Part shown: positions 50,489 to 63,300 of the stretch, piece after piece
Numbering within the stretch: the first letter of the stretch is position 1
Layout: every line of letters starts with the position of its first letter
Source: Octopus bimaculoides
Lineage: Eukaryota
Direction of reading: 5' to 3'
NCBI RefSeq assembly: GCF_001194135.2
Contig: NC_068983.1
Coordinates: forward strand, 99,179,683 to 99,243,682
Length of the DNA stretch: 64,000 nt
Made by a program: the position numbers and the translations under genes
The notes under the pieces: model-generated
Databases searched by the model: none
Told to the model about the DNA's origin: nothing
Seen by the model: the letters and a program-made list of their open reading frames with translations, nothing else

Positions 50489-52881
50489 TTAAACCACCCA
50501 GCTACACCTGAACTCAACAATATAGAAAGGTTGATCTCACACATAATATAGAATGATGATTGCTGTACAAAGTGAAATATGGCAAATGAGTGAAATGGGT
50601 TATCTTCGGTTAGCCGTCAGAAGTATCTAGTTATATGAAATTTACAGAGGAGTGTTGTATTTTGCATGAGGCATTGTGTAATATGAAGGAAATTACTGTC
50701 ATAAAAGACAATCACAGATTGGATACTAAATAAAAAAGAATAACAAAGATACTGATTTTCTTTATTGTAGAAATTAGTCCTGATATTGCAAGTTAAAAAT
50801 GATTTTACAGAGGATTTAAAGAACAGTAGGGATATATAAATTATATGTCCATATTGTTAACCTGTAAAAACGTTGTGTGTAATCTTTAAATTACCATGTA
50901 TGTGGAGGTATAGAATTTAGGGATATGAATTGAGTTCTATGATATTTGCAAGGAGAAATTAGGCCAAGTGTTTGATGCATGTTATTCACAGTATCCACTG
51001 GCACTTGTTCAATTCAAGCCAGTTGTTTATTGTTGGTTTGTATTTTTGTACAGGATGTCTTCTTTTATATGCAAATTACTAATATCATAGTCTGTGGCTT
51101 TAATGATAGCTATGATGTTCTTGTTCATGTTCCTGCAATTTCAAAGGTGGTGCTCATGTACTGTATTTTCCAGCATACAAATTGATGTGGTATATCGTGT
51201 AAATGTTCACACATTGTCACTATCTTTCCAAATCCTGCTGCATGGAATTTTTGGTCCTCTAATTCACATGAAATTTTTGGTTCTCCAAAGTTGTCTTGGT
51301 TTATATGTTGACCTACCTCTTTTAGCTGTAAATTTTGGCCTGAAAAAATTGACATGTATGCCAGAGAATATGATATTTTTGCAAAAAATATTCATTACAT
51401 TTGGCTAAATAAATTTAATATATGATGATAATATATAGGCTTATGTTCATGTTGCAGACAGGGCAGTTGGCTAGCACTCTTAGGTTTCCATCATTGGGGA
51501 GCTGTTTCTTCAATAAACACTTTTATAGCGAAGGTCCTAGTGGGCCAGCTGTATAACTACCTCTTTACAACAGATGTCATCTCCTGCCCACTCTGGCACT
51601 GTTAGCCCATGAAAACGCAATTCACAGGTTCAAATTCTGCATCTCTGTTCGTGTCGTAATTCTAATATTCCGCATAAAGATTTGACATGTCAACAGAATG
51701 GACAGGTAATTTATATTTCTCTTTGTTTTTTAAAGCCTATGTAACTCAAAGTATCACAACTAATCAAATATTTCTTAGGTAACTTCAATATGGTTGTTAT
51801 TGTTATTTCTGATGCTTAATCTTCTATCTGCATTGCCATCATATTCTATAACACTAATTATTTTAGAGGCTGTACAATTCAAACAAAGAAGTGATTTTCA
51901 AACAGACTGAGAATAGGCCAACATTTTAATTATTTGCTGTTTTGCATTGCAGGTCTAATCATCTAGGTAAACTTATGAGTGATAGTAGAAAAGCAGTTGA
52001 GTGTTTTAGTATTAGTGCTAAATGCAACATATAAGAGGACTGAAATATGTGGCACATTGCTTTACTTGGGAAGACCAACCCACCACAATAGAATTGAGAT
52101 CCCAGAACCAAAGTGCCACGTAAGAAGCATTGGTGTAGGTGGTGGTATCATGTAAAAAGCAATGATGTTGGTGCTACTTAAAAAGCACTGGTGCCATGTA
52201 AAATGCACCCAGTACACACTCTGGAGTGGTCGGCATTAGGAAGGGTACCCAACCATAGAAACCAAGCCAAAAAAAACTATGGAACCTGGTGCAGCCCCTG
52301 GTTTTGCCAGTTCCTGTCATGTCATCCAGCCCATACTAGCATGGAAAACAGACGATTAATGTTGATAATTATATAATGTATGAGAGACTTAAAGCACTAT
52401 TAGTATTAAATTTTAACTGGAGTACAAAGCTTCAGATTTTTCATCTATTACCCACAGAAAATTTACTCTCTAATAATTTCTTAAACGTAAGTGTTATTTC
52501 AAACATGTAGAATGATAGGTGAACTCGTAATTATTGTCATGAAAGCAAACAATTTATTTTAAGACAACTCTTACTCATCTTGTTATAAAACAAATATATA
52601 TTGTATTTTGTAGAATTATTAGTGCCACTTGAACCTGATTTTCCACCATAGCTATTTGTTTTTGAGGCTGATTGTCAGTCACATCCTAATTCACAAGTTG
52701 ACATTCATTTCTGAAAAATCCAACTCTTATGCAAAAAACCTGCAACTTAACCTAGGTAACTCAAATATATGATCTGTGTTTTACTCCAATGAGAAATATA
52801 TTTTTTAGAGTGTGAATACAGTTGTTTTAAGATTCAAACTATGACAGAAATGTGTTTCTATCTACATGTGTAGGAGTGTAT

Positions 52882-53460
52882 GTGTGAATTTGATGGTACA
52901 GAATTAAACTAGATGATCTGACAGTACTGATATTTACTATGTATAATATGCTAAATCTGCTGTGTGAAACTGAGGCAGGTAGACTACCCTAAAACTCTTA
53001 TTGTATGGGTGTGTGATGAAAGTTATCAATGAACTGTTGTATTATGATACAGTGCAACTAAGATACCATACTGGAATGTAGTAACTGAAACTGATTATTA
53101 AAACTGAAAGAGAAATTAGCTAAGGAGTAAGACAATTCTATTTTCCCTTGCCACTTCCATGTTAGATATATAATTCATGCTGATATGAACTCAGTTATAG
53201 TGTGAATTTGATGGTACAGAATTAAACTAGATGATCTGACAGTACTGATATTTACTATGTATAATATACTAAATCTGCTATGTGAAACTGAGGCAGGTAG
53301 ACTACACTAAAATTCTTATGGTATGGGTGTGTGATGAAAGTTATCAATGAACTGTTTGTTGTATTATCATAATACAATGCAACTAGGATACCATACTGGA
53401 ATGTAGTAACTGAAACTGATTATTAAAACTGAAAGAGAAATTAGCTAAGGAGTAAAACAA
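52882..53460 (+). repeat. Diverged tandem duplication (52882-53135 and 53200-53460) with a 64-bp spacer
   Basis: Two ~255-bp copies with scattered substitutions and small indels, read directly. Confidence 0.9.
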
Positions 53461-55425
53461 CTTTGCATTCTTGTGTAACCCTCACCTTGAGTTAAGAAGA
53501 ACATGCAATACAATGCTACTGCTACTAAAATTGTGAAATTTCAATGCTTTTGCTGTATCTACTTCATGTTCACAACTTTCATACTGACTGTCAGCTCTCA
53601 TTGCATTGATATGAAGGAAAATCATCGAGAACCTGTTATTAGCACTGAATTAAGAATAAGCTGTCATGCCATTGTTGATAAGCTTTTTGTATAAATAAAA
53701 GGGATTGCTATGGGAAACTTACTGATTTCATTACTTCAGTATGTATATATAACAACAAACGTCAGTCACATTTTATAGATGTGAATTATTTAGGGAGTTG
53801 CTGGTTTTATGCTAAATTTTATGAACTCAGTTATAAGTCTTGCAAAATTTCTTTTTTTTTTTATGTTAAAGGAATTTCTAAAAATTTGATATCAACTAGG
53901 TCAATTTTAATTTCAGACCTAATTATAATAATATTTTAGCATGCTAAAATAATTAACAGAAATTAGGAATTTAACCTTTTAGTTTTATAATTTTTCTGTT
54001 CCTATTCTCTCACAGTAGTATCACAGAATTATTTTCTTTTTTTATATAAATCTTGACTTTTATTAGATTGGATTAACATCATTTAGAACTCATTAGTAGA
54101 AAAAAATGGTTTATCTCCTTTTCTTATAAACTTTATTTAATCATCATTATCATCATCATTGTGCTACTCATTTTTTTCAACATTAGTGTTGGTAGGCCAA
54201 ATCTACAAAAATCAGCTGTCTTAGCTTCATGCTATCGCATGTAAGTCATACCACTTTTTAGTATGACCAAACTATTTCATCGTAAGTTTTCTTTGGTCTC
54301 TATCTGATATGAGTACATTCTACACTGAACTCATCAATCATAATTTTCCATCCATTATGTAACCTCCATCTTCATAATCTGTTCCTAACTGTGATTTTTT
54401 TTTCTTTTCCTGTATGCTTAATTCTATTTTCCCTTGCCACCTTCCATGTTAGATATATAATTCATGCTGATAGCCTGATATTGCAAATTCACAATTCTCA
54501 TCTAATCAAGACAAATAAAGCATACACCAAAATAGAAAATCATTGTAGTTTGCTTGAAGCATTGTGATATAAAAGTAAAATAATATAATAAATATTACTA
54601 GCATCTAACAATATAAAAGGGGAAAGTTATACCAAAATAGTTGCAAAGTTGATTATTTCATTTGGTTGAAATCTGTGTTAGGTTGATAGCTTCAAATAAA
54701 TTAAGACTGTGCACTAACCCAGTCCTTATTGTTTGCCATTGTTGCATTCATATTTGGGTTGCAAAACAGAAGTGACATTTTGGATGGTAGTAATCTGTAT
54801 GCTAGTATTCCATTTCGTTGCAAGTAGTGAGCTCTGAGGATAGCTTCTTCCTTTATTTTCACCAGATTTGGAGGCTCTTTTTCTTCTAAGTTAAAAAATA
54901 TTTTTGGAGGGAAGAGACCAGAGAACTAACCTCTGCAGAGTGAGGATCTGCCTTGTCAGTGTTATCTTAAACAAAACCAAAACACAACATATCCAGAACA
55001 TCTGATGGTTAGTTCCAACTAATCTGTTAATGATCTCAGTATTAGTGATCTGCTCATGTATTTCTGATTGTTGCAACTCACCTATAAATAAAAACCTTGT
55101 TTGATGCTTTTAGTATACAGTGACTTTCATAACTCACTGTGCAGCATTATATTTCTCATAGTCTATTTTTTGCATTTAGAAAGAAATCCTTTGTTGGCTA
55201 TCAATAGTTATATCTCCAACACTGATTATATTTGGCAGCTATCAGAATATATTGACTGCTTTCAGAAAGCTATCCATACAGTGAATGGTTTTTCAGTTTA
55301 TGACTTCTGTATACTTTGATGTGTATGCTATTTTGTGCAATATACACTGGCAGACTCTTGTTTGTTGTTTTCCCAGAGGCTGACAGTTTCTGTTGTCCCT
55401 CTCCCAGATGTTTAGTGTGTCTATC

Positions 55426-55670
55426 AGATACTGTCAATTTCTTTGTCAATCTACCAGATGCTGCCAATATCTTTCACAATCTACCAGACCCTGTAATTAC
55501 TTTGTCAATCTACCAGACACTATTAATTTCTTGGTCAATCTCTCTGATGCTGCCAATATTTTTGTTAATCTACCAGATGCTATCAATATCTTTTCAATTT
55601 ACCATACACTGTCAATTTCTTTGTCACTCTATCAGATGCTGTCAGTTACTTTGTCAATCTACCAGATGTG
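55426..55670. repeat. ~30-bp minisatellite, about 8 copies
   Basis: Unit approximately CAGATGCTGTCAATTTCTTTGTCAATCTAC. Confidence 0.9.
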
Positions 55671-55781
55671 CACTGTAACTTTTGTGTAATCATAATTTTT
55701 TTCATTTTCTTTTCCTGTTAATAGAACAACACATATTCCCCAATTCCCCTGATATTGTTGGTATTTCAGGCCACTTGTTAA

Positions 55782-56001
55782 CCCTTTATCATTCAGATTA
55801 CTCTGTCAAATATAATGCTTATTTGTTCACATCGTTTTGAACTAATCATGTATTATCCTGTAGTTTTGAGATTTCAAAGATATGATTGTTTATTTCTAGA
55901 ATGTCATTGTAGAGTAGGTGTGTGAGGCTAGATCTGGGTAGTTTGAATGTAAAACTGATAGAATATTTGGGCCAGTTATGGCCGGTTTAAATACTAAAGG
56001 G
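55782..56001 (-). mobile_element. 220-bp piggyBac-type MITE, copy 4 (inverted)
   Basis: TTAA|CCCTTTATCATTC ... TACTAAAGGG|TTAG; reverse complement of copy 1. Confidence 0.8.
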
Positions 56002-56436
56002 TTAGTTAAATAATTGTAATATTAGTTTCAGGTTTGTTTGCTATCAGTCATTTATGCCCTAGTTCAATTCTTCTAGTTTTGACCTTAAACAGTTCAATAG
56101 ATTTTGCAAAGATCAATGAAGTTCTCTTGAACAACCATTTCGAGGTGCCTTTGTTTGTTGTTCCTGGAAAATCTAGAAAAAGAAAAGAAAGCTGAAGTCA
56201 GAGCCTTAGTGGTCACCAACAAATAATTATATTATATTCACATGGACTGAGAATTTCATAAAGCATGCTCTATATTTTGCAAGGCCTTTTATTTTTTGCC
56301 ACTGATACTCACGCAAAGATCAGAAGACTCCTAGATATCAGGTAATCATATACCTCTTCAGTTTGTGTTTCCATGTCAGCACAAATCATCACCACCCAGC
56401 CAATTATAGTGACATTCTGAATGTGTGTGTGTATAT

Positions 56437-56468
<32 letters not shown>

Positions 56469-57079
56469 NNNNNNNNNNNNNNNNNNNNNNNNNNNNNNNN
56501 NNNNNNNNNNNNNNNNNNNNNNNNNNNNNNNNNNNNNNNNNNNNNNNNNNNNNNNNNNNNNNNNNNNNNNNNNNNNNNNNNNNNNNNNNNNNNNNNNNNN
56601 NNNNNNNNNNNNNNNNNNNNNNNNNNNNNNNNNNNNNNNNNNNNNNNNNNNNNNNNNNNNNNNNNNNNNNNNNNNNNNNNNNNNNNNNNNNNNNNNNNNN
56701 NNNNNNNNNNNNNNNNNNNNNNNNNNNNNNNNNNNNNNNNNNNNNNNNNNNNNNNNNNNNNNNNNNNNNNNNNNNNNNNNNNNNNNNNNNNNNNNNNNNN
56801 NNNNNNNNNNNNNNNNNNNNNNNNNNNNNNNNNNNNNNNNNNNNNNNNNNNNNNNNNNNNNNNNNNNNNNNNNNNNNNNNNNNNNNNNNNNNNNNNNNNN
56901 NNNNNNNNNNNNNNNNNNNNNNNNNNNNNNNNNNNNNNNNNNNNNNNNNNNNNNNNNNNNNNNNNNNNNNNNNNNNNNNNNNNNNNNNNNNNNNNAACAA
57001 CCTTGCCCGAACTTGTGCCTGGGAAGGTAACTTTCTAGGTGCAATCCCATGGTCAGTCATAACTGAAGGGGGTCTCAGC

Positions 57080-57121
<42 letters not shown>

Positions 57122-57499
57122 ACTTGTGCTAAATTATCTCAGCTTCGGATTGATGTAAAATTTTTAAGTTTGTGAGAAAAGAGGCAGATCTATGGCCTCT
57201 TGATATTTTGAAATAGTGCATGGGCAAATAAATAATGAAGTTGCCACGTAAAAAGCACTGGTGATGGTGCCACATAGAAAGCACCCTGTACACTTTGTGG
57301 AGTGATTTGGCATTAGGAAGGGCTTCAGCCATAGATACCAAACCAAAACAGACTATAGAATCCGGTGTGGTCCCTGGCCTTATCAGTTCCTGTCAAGCCA
57401 TCCAACCCATGGTAGCATGCCAAATTGATGTTCAATGATGATGATGATGATAATGATGTAAGAATAACTAATGGGGTACATCATGAGCTAATTAGTGTG

Positions 57500-58130
57500 A
57501 AAGGGATATAATTAGACATGTTTGGAGATTCAGTAGACATCACAAGAAGAATCAATTGAAGGTGCGTAATTAATGATAATCTTAACTCCTAAAAATGTAG
57601 AAGCTTTGAAACTGAACAATGATATTCTTACAATACTGTCTGGAAATATTACACCATTTAGAAGCGTTAGTAGCATTGAAAACAGAGACAAAGAAATGAC
57701 AGATTATCCAGTTGAGTTTTTAAATCCATTAACTTCATTAGCAATGCTATGACATGCCTTAAAAGTAAAGGTTGCTATGATTATTTTGATATTATGCAAA
57801 TGTGACTGGAGAAGAAGATGGCTTCATGGATCAGGACTTTTGATAAAATCTCTTTGTGGTCTCTACTTTCACAGACAAATATTGACTGGTAGTAAGGAGT
57901 GTGAGAAGGTATTCATCTCAAAATTAAATTTAACACTCAGTGACACCTGTCCTATATTTACTTTAAAAGGTGTCAAATTTTTATTATCATGGCCATTTAC
58001 AATGACCATTAGCAAATTTCAAAGTCATTCATTTGCAGATGTTACAATGTATCTGCTTTCAATCTTTTTACATGGGTGAACTCAAGGTGACATTAAGTAG
58101 AACTAAATATGAAAATTATTTGAAACTACA
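57500..58130 (+). mobile_element. Helitron remnant (PIF1-like helicase C-terminus)
   Basis: Translation is ILTPKNVEALKLNNDIL...DYPVEFLNPLT...*HALKVKVAMIILIL...LHGSGLLIK..ILTGSK..EKVFISKLNLT.SDT..FTLK..KF....FTMTISKFQ. These are decayed versions of YPVEFLN, NGTRL, QFP..FAMTINKSQG. Confidence 0.85.
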
Positions 58131-58204
58131 TATAGAAAATATGTACAATTAAGGAAATCCGCTTGAGGATAAACATTTTTTTGTAAAATAACTTAAAAGA
58201 ATTC

Positions 58205-58408
58205 TTTTATTCTTTTACTTGTTTCAGTCATTTGATTGCAGCCATGCTGGAGCACCATCTTTTAGTCGAGCAAATCGACCCCAGGACTTATTCTTTGTAA
58301 GCCTAGTGCTTATTCTATCGGTCTCTTTTTGCCGAACCGCTAAGTTATGGGGATGTAAACATACCAGCATCGGATGTCAAATGATGTTGGGGGGGAAAGA
58401 CACACACA

Positions 58409-58457
<49 letters not shown>

Positions 58458-58860
58458 CGGGCTTCTTTCAGTTTCCATCTACCAAATCCACTCACAAGAC
58501 TGGTCGGCCCGAGGCTATAGTAGAAGACCCATCCATCTGCATCTCATGACCATACCAGCACGATCTTCTCTCCTGCACACCACATCTAATGTCTCTTGTG
58601 CCCAATTTTTCTTTAAGTTGTACTTAGAGAAAAAACACATTTGCACTTTGTTGTACATGCACATTGACATTGCACATCCATCAGAGAGCATACTTGTTTC
58701 ATTTCTTTCAAATCTTTGCATGTCCTCTGCATTCACAGGCCAAGTTTCACAGCCATTTAACATTTGTACACAGGCATCAAACAATCTGCCTTTCATTCTG
58801 AGAGAGAGGCTTTTATTACCAAGACAAGTGGAAGTTCTCTGAACTTTCTCCAACCAATTC
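58205..58860 (-). mobile_element. RTE LINE fragment (58860-58530) joined to the 3' part of a family A SINE (58530-58205)
   Basis: ORF-track protein LSLRMKGRLFDACV..ML.GCETW.V.AEDMQRFERNE.SML is a typical RTE post-RT segment. It runs directly into SINE sequence CTTCTACTATAGCCTCGGGCCGACC. Confidence 0.85.
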
Positions 58861-59340
58861 ATATTCTAACAACTATACTTTTAGAGCATCCTCCTCCACT
58901 GCTAATTAGGTCACCCAGATGATAGAAACTATCTACTGCTAATTCCTCTTGGGCATTTCAGGACATCTATTTCCCCTTGTGCTCTTATTTATTGCTCCTA
59001 CACATCTTCCACAAACAAATTATACTTTCTCTGTTGACCTGCCTTTCATTCCACTGCACCTCTTATGTGTCCATAGTTTGCACTGAGCACACCATATGGA
59101 ATTTCTACCTACACATTGTCTACCTATATAACAGGGTTATTTACCCGAATGGATTAATTTTCTATCTGTTCTTCTGCTAATTACAACTTTAGTCATTGCT
59201 AAACTAAACTTAAGACCCTTTAATTCCAGGTTTTGTTTCCATACTTGGAATGGAATTTTAAATTTTTATTTCCACTACACTTTCAGCTATAAGTACAAGG
59301 TCATCAGCATAGAGAAGTTTATTATATATATATATATATA

Positions 59341-59999
59341 GTGATCAAACAAGTTATATCACTATTATCAAAAAAGCTTGTAGTTAGAACCAAAAATATA
59401 TATATTTATTATCAAATAAACTATATAGTTATCATAAAAGTTATATATTTATCAAAAAAGTTATATGTTTATCATTAGAATAGTTATGATTTAATTTAGT
59501 GATCATATTACTTATTCTACTGTTTAAAAAATTGACCTAGTTTAGTTTTGTTTATCAGCTTCAAGTTTCGAAAAGGACTTNNNNNNNNNNNNNNNNNNNN
59601 NNNNNNNNNNNNNNNNNNNNNNNNNNNNNNNNNNNNNNNNNNNNNNNNNNNNNNNNNNNNNNNNNNNNNNNNNNNNNNNNNNNNNNNNNNNNNNNNNNNN
59701 NNNNNNNNNNNNNNNNNNNNNNNNNNNNNNNNNNNNNNNNNNNNNNNNNNNNNNNNNNNNNNNNNNNNNNNNNNNNNNNNNNNNNNNNNNNNNNNNNNNN
59801 NNNNNNNNNNNNNNNNNNNNNNNNNNNNNNNNNNNNNNNNNNNNNNNNNNNNNNNNNNNNNNNNNNNNNNNNNNNNNNNNNNNNNNNNNNNNNNNNNNNN
59901 NNNNNNNNNNNNNNNNNNNNNNNNNNNNNNNNNNNNNNNNNNNNNNNNNNNNNNNNNNNNNNNNNNNNNNNNNNNNNNNNNNNNNNNNNNNNNNNNNNN

Positions 60000-60047
<48 letters not shown>

Positions 60048-60306
60048 TTATATATATATATATATAGTGATCAAACAAGTTATATCACTATTATCAAAAA
60101 AGCTTGTAGTTAGAACCAAAAATATATATATTTATTATCAAATAAACTATATAGTTATCATAAAAGTTATATATTTATCAAAAAAGTTATATGTTTATCA
60201 TTAGAATAGTTATGATTTAATTTAGTGATCATATTACTTATTCTACTGTTTAAAAAATTGACCTAGTTTAGTTTTGTTTATCAGCTTCAAGTTTCGAAAA
60301 GGACTT
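59341..60306. other. Gap-flanking identical 240-bp duplication (59341-59580 = 60067-60306), probable assembly artefact
   Basis: Copies appear identical and flank an N-gap next to microsatellites. A similar case is 226-333 = 638-745 around the gap at 628-637. Confidence 0.75.
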
Positions 60307-63300
60307 CGAAATAATGGCAGTTTATATTTACAAATGGCATAAATTTATTTTATTTATTTATTTATTTAAGATATTTTCATTTCTGTTTAGTATTGATTTC
60401 AATACTTTGTTATTAGATCTTACTGAGTGAAATGACCATTCCTCAAAAATACAACTTCATAAGTGTTTTAGGAATTAACTTGTTCTAGATTTTATTTGTA
60501 ACAGATTTAAATATTTATTTTCAATATTTCATTGTGAAAGGAGTGTAATAGTTGTTTAGCTTACTATAGTTTATTATGATTATTGTATAGATTTATACAA
60601 ATTATGTTTATGAGATTGTAAAAGAGTCTAATTTAGTTCTCACATTCATTGTTTTTTTGTTTTTTATTTCCTTATTTTCTTTTCACTTATAGATTGATCT
60701 GAAACAAGAGGTATTCATTTAATAATTATATGAAAAAAAAAAAAAAAAATTAGAGTAGGATTGAGAGCTGAATCAGAACAGTTGCTAAGTCTGTTATCCA
60801 TATGAACATCATAAATACATATTAGCAATTCTTATTGGCTTGAAACTGGCATTTATGAAAAATATGCAGCCTTAAACTTCTTTCAATTGATAAGCAAGAA
60901 GAAAACTGAAAAGTTTCCAAATAGGTCAAAATAGAAGGTGTGTTCTATTCAGGGGTGAATGTTAGTAAGTTTTAATTGGCTATTTACTTTGTTTGATGGC
61001 TGTTAGCAAATTTTTCTCAATATTGGATGAAAGCCAGTCACGTTGCCAACACTGAGACTTTACAAAAATTACAAGATTAGCAAGAAATGAATGAATTTGT
61101 AGGTGTTTTTACTTTATTTAGACTGGTATATACTGAATTACCATAAAGAATAATAAATTTAGAACAGCAATGAAAAAGTCGATAATTTTATTTCCAATTT
61201 ATGCATTTTTTGAATTCTCATAATGATGAAATAGATAATTAAGTGCTCCAATTCTGATATAGCACCAAAATTATGGTTAACTGTAGATATCAGCAGCATG
61301 AACCCATTTAATGCCAAGCCTTCCAAGACTGCCCTCATTTCTATGGTATAGACTTCCTGTTTTATAGTGATCTACATTAAAACTTAAAAAATTTTATGCT
61401 TATATATGTAGCTTAATAAGGACAGTTATTTTACTATATTCTTCATTGCTTTTGAAATTAATTAAAAGAAAAACAATGTACTTCTGTAGAAATATGGTAT
61501 CTAAAGTACACTACTGTTTTGTTGTGACATTCATTATTTTTCTATGTCAGGTTTATGAATCTAGAAATTATTGTTATTCTTTGCTGTTAAGCTCAAAGAT
61601 TTTCTGTAAAATTTATTGTAACAAACCCTGTTATTTTATGTCTATGGAATATCATGATCATCATCATTTAACATCCTGTTTCCATGCTGGCATGAGTTGT
61701 ACAGTGTGACAGGATCCAGTAAGCTACAGGGCCATGTCAAGCTCCAGTGTCAGCTTTGGTAGGTTTCTATGGCTGGATGCCCTTCCTAATGCCAACCACT
61801 TTACAAAGTATTCTGGGTGTGTTTTTTTTGTGCCACTAGCACTGATGAGGTTGCCAAGTAATTTGCAAAACAAGAAAAGAACAGGAAGAAGGAAAATGGC
61901 AAAAAAACTCCTTGACTAAGTGATATGTGTGTTTGTGTGTGGGGGGAGTATTTGAGAGGGTGCTGGGGGGAGGGCTGATTGTTCAAGTGTTGGACAAAAT
62001 GTCTTACAGTATTTCTCCCAACTCTTTACATTATGGGTTCAAATCCTGCTGAGATCAACTTAGCCTTTCATCCTTTTTGGGGTTGATAAAATTAAGTGCC
62101 AGTCAAGTACTTGATTTGACATAATTGACTATTCACCTTCCCACAAAATTTCAGGCCTCCTGTCTAAATTAGAAACAATTATTTTACTCTATATATTTAT
62201 TTAGTAGGTTTAAAATTTTATAATTTCCATTATATGTTGTTAATGCAGTCATATTAATTTTATTAGAAGAATGTATTTGTACTTTTCTTTTTATAGTATT
62301 TTTCTTTTTAAAGTTTGTTATCAAAATTAATTGATAGTCTATGTGATTTAATTTTTTATTAGAGTTGCGTAAAGGACAGTTATAAGTAGATTGCATTCAT
62401 TCTAACCACAGATCACCTGTAAATGTGTTCATGTACTGTTTTGTTATTTTGATAAATAGAATCTAGAATTTAATTATTGGTTTAATATCTAATTAATCAA
62501 ATTTTTCTGTTGGAATTCACTATGCTTATCTGTTTATGCTGGTGTGTGTGTGTGTGTGAAAGAGAGAGAGCGAGAAAGAGAGAGCATGTAAACATTCTTA
62601 AAACCTTAAATTAGTTACAACCAGTTAATTCTATTGATAATGTGAACCATCTAACCACTTGACCTACTCTATGCAGTAGCAGAATCTCCCTCAACAAATT
62701 CTTCATCATTTAAATAGGGCCACAAGTTTTAACAGCATGTCTCAGCCTGAATACCGAACAGCCAGATCTTAAATGAGATAAGTTTTTACCATATGTGCCT
62801 GTTCAAGTGAATCTGACTGGAGCTAGCCTATCCTAAAAGTATATTGGGTTTTTTTTTAAGACAAGCATGAATATCTTGAAATACTTATTGAAAGAGACAC
62901 AGTCATTACTAGTGCCTTGCTGTATCTAATTGAGGCTCTTTATATTACTGTACCTTCAGTTGTTTTTAAGGTTGATGAAATAAAAAATGTCATTCACATA
63001 ACTACACTGCTCTCTTTCACTTAGTGAAATCTGTATTCATTTATGCATTTATTGATCTGTTAGTGATGTAATAATTCTTGCAGGAGTGATAAATCTATGT
63101 AAGCATATGTTAAGCAAATTTAGATTAGGGTTTTGTGGTTTTGATTTTGATTAGCTTTTAAATTTTTGACTCTAAATTGCATGAATGAAAGTTGGGTAAA
63201 CTAATTATTTTTTTTTGTGATTATAGATTAAAATGGAATATTTTATATTTATCAGTCATGCTGTTTCTGTGTTGATGTATCAATTGGTTATGAAATAAAA

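Noticed and set aside
55426-55670. Regularly spaced repeats as a CRISPR-like array
   Set aside because: Head-to-tail minisatellite without unique spacers, in eukaryotic DNA.
56363-57118. Long ORFs of 160-251 aa here and at 59517-60204
   Set aside because: They consist of N-gap X residues and dinucleotide repeats.
59341-60306. 240-bp direct duplication
   Set aside because: Identical copies flanking an N-gap; treated as an assembly artefact, unlike the diverged duplication at 52882-53460.
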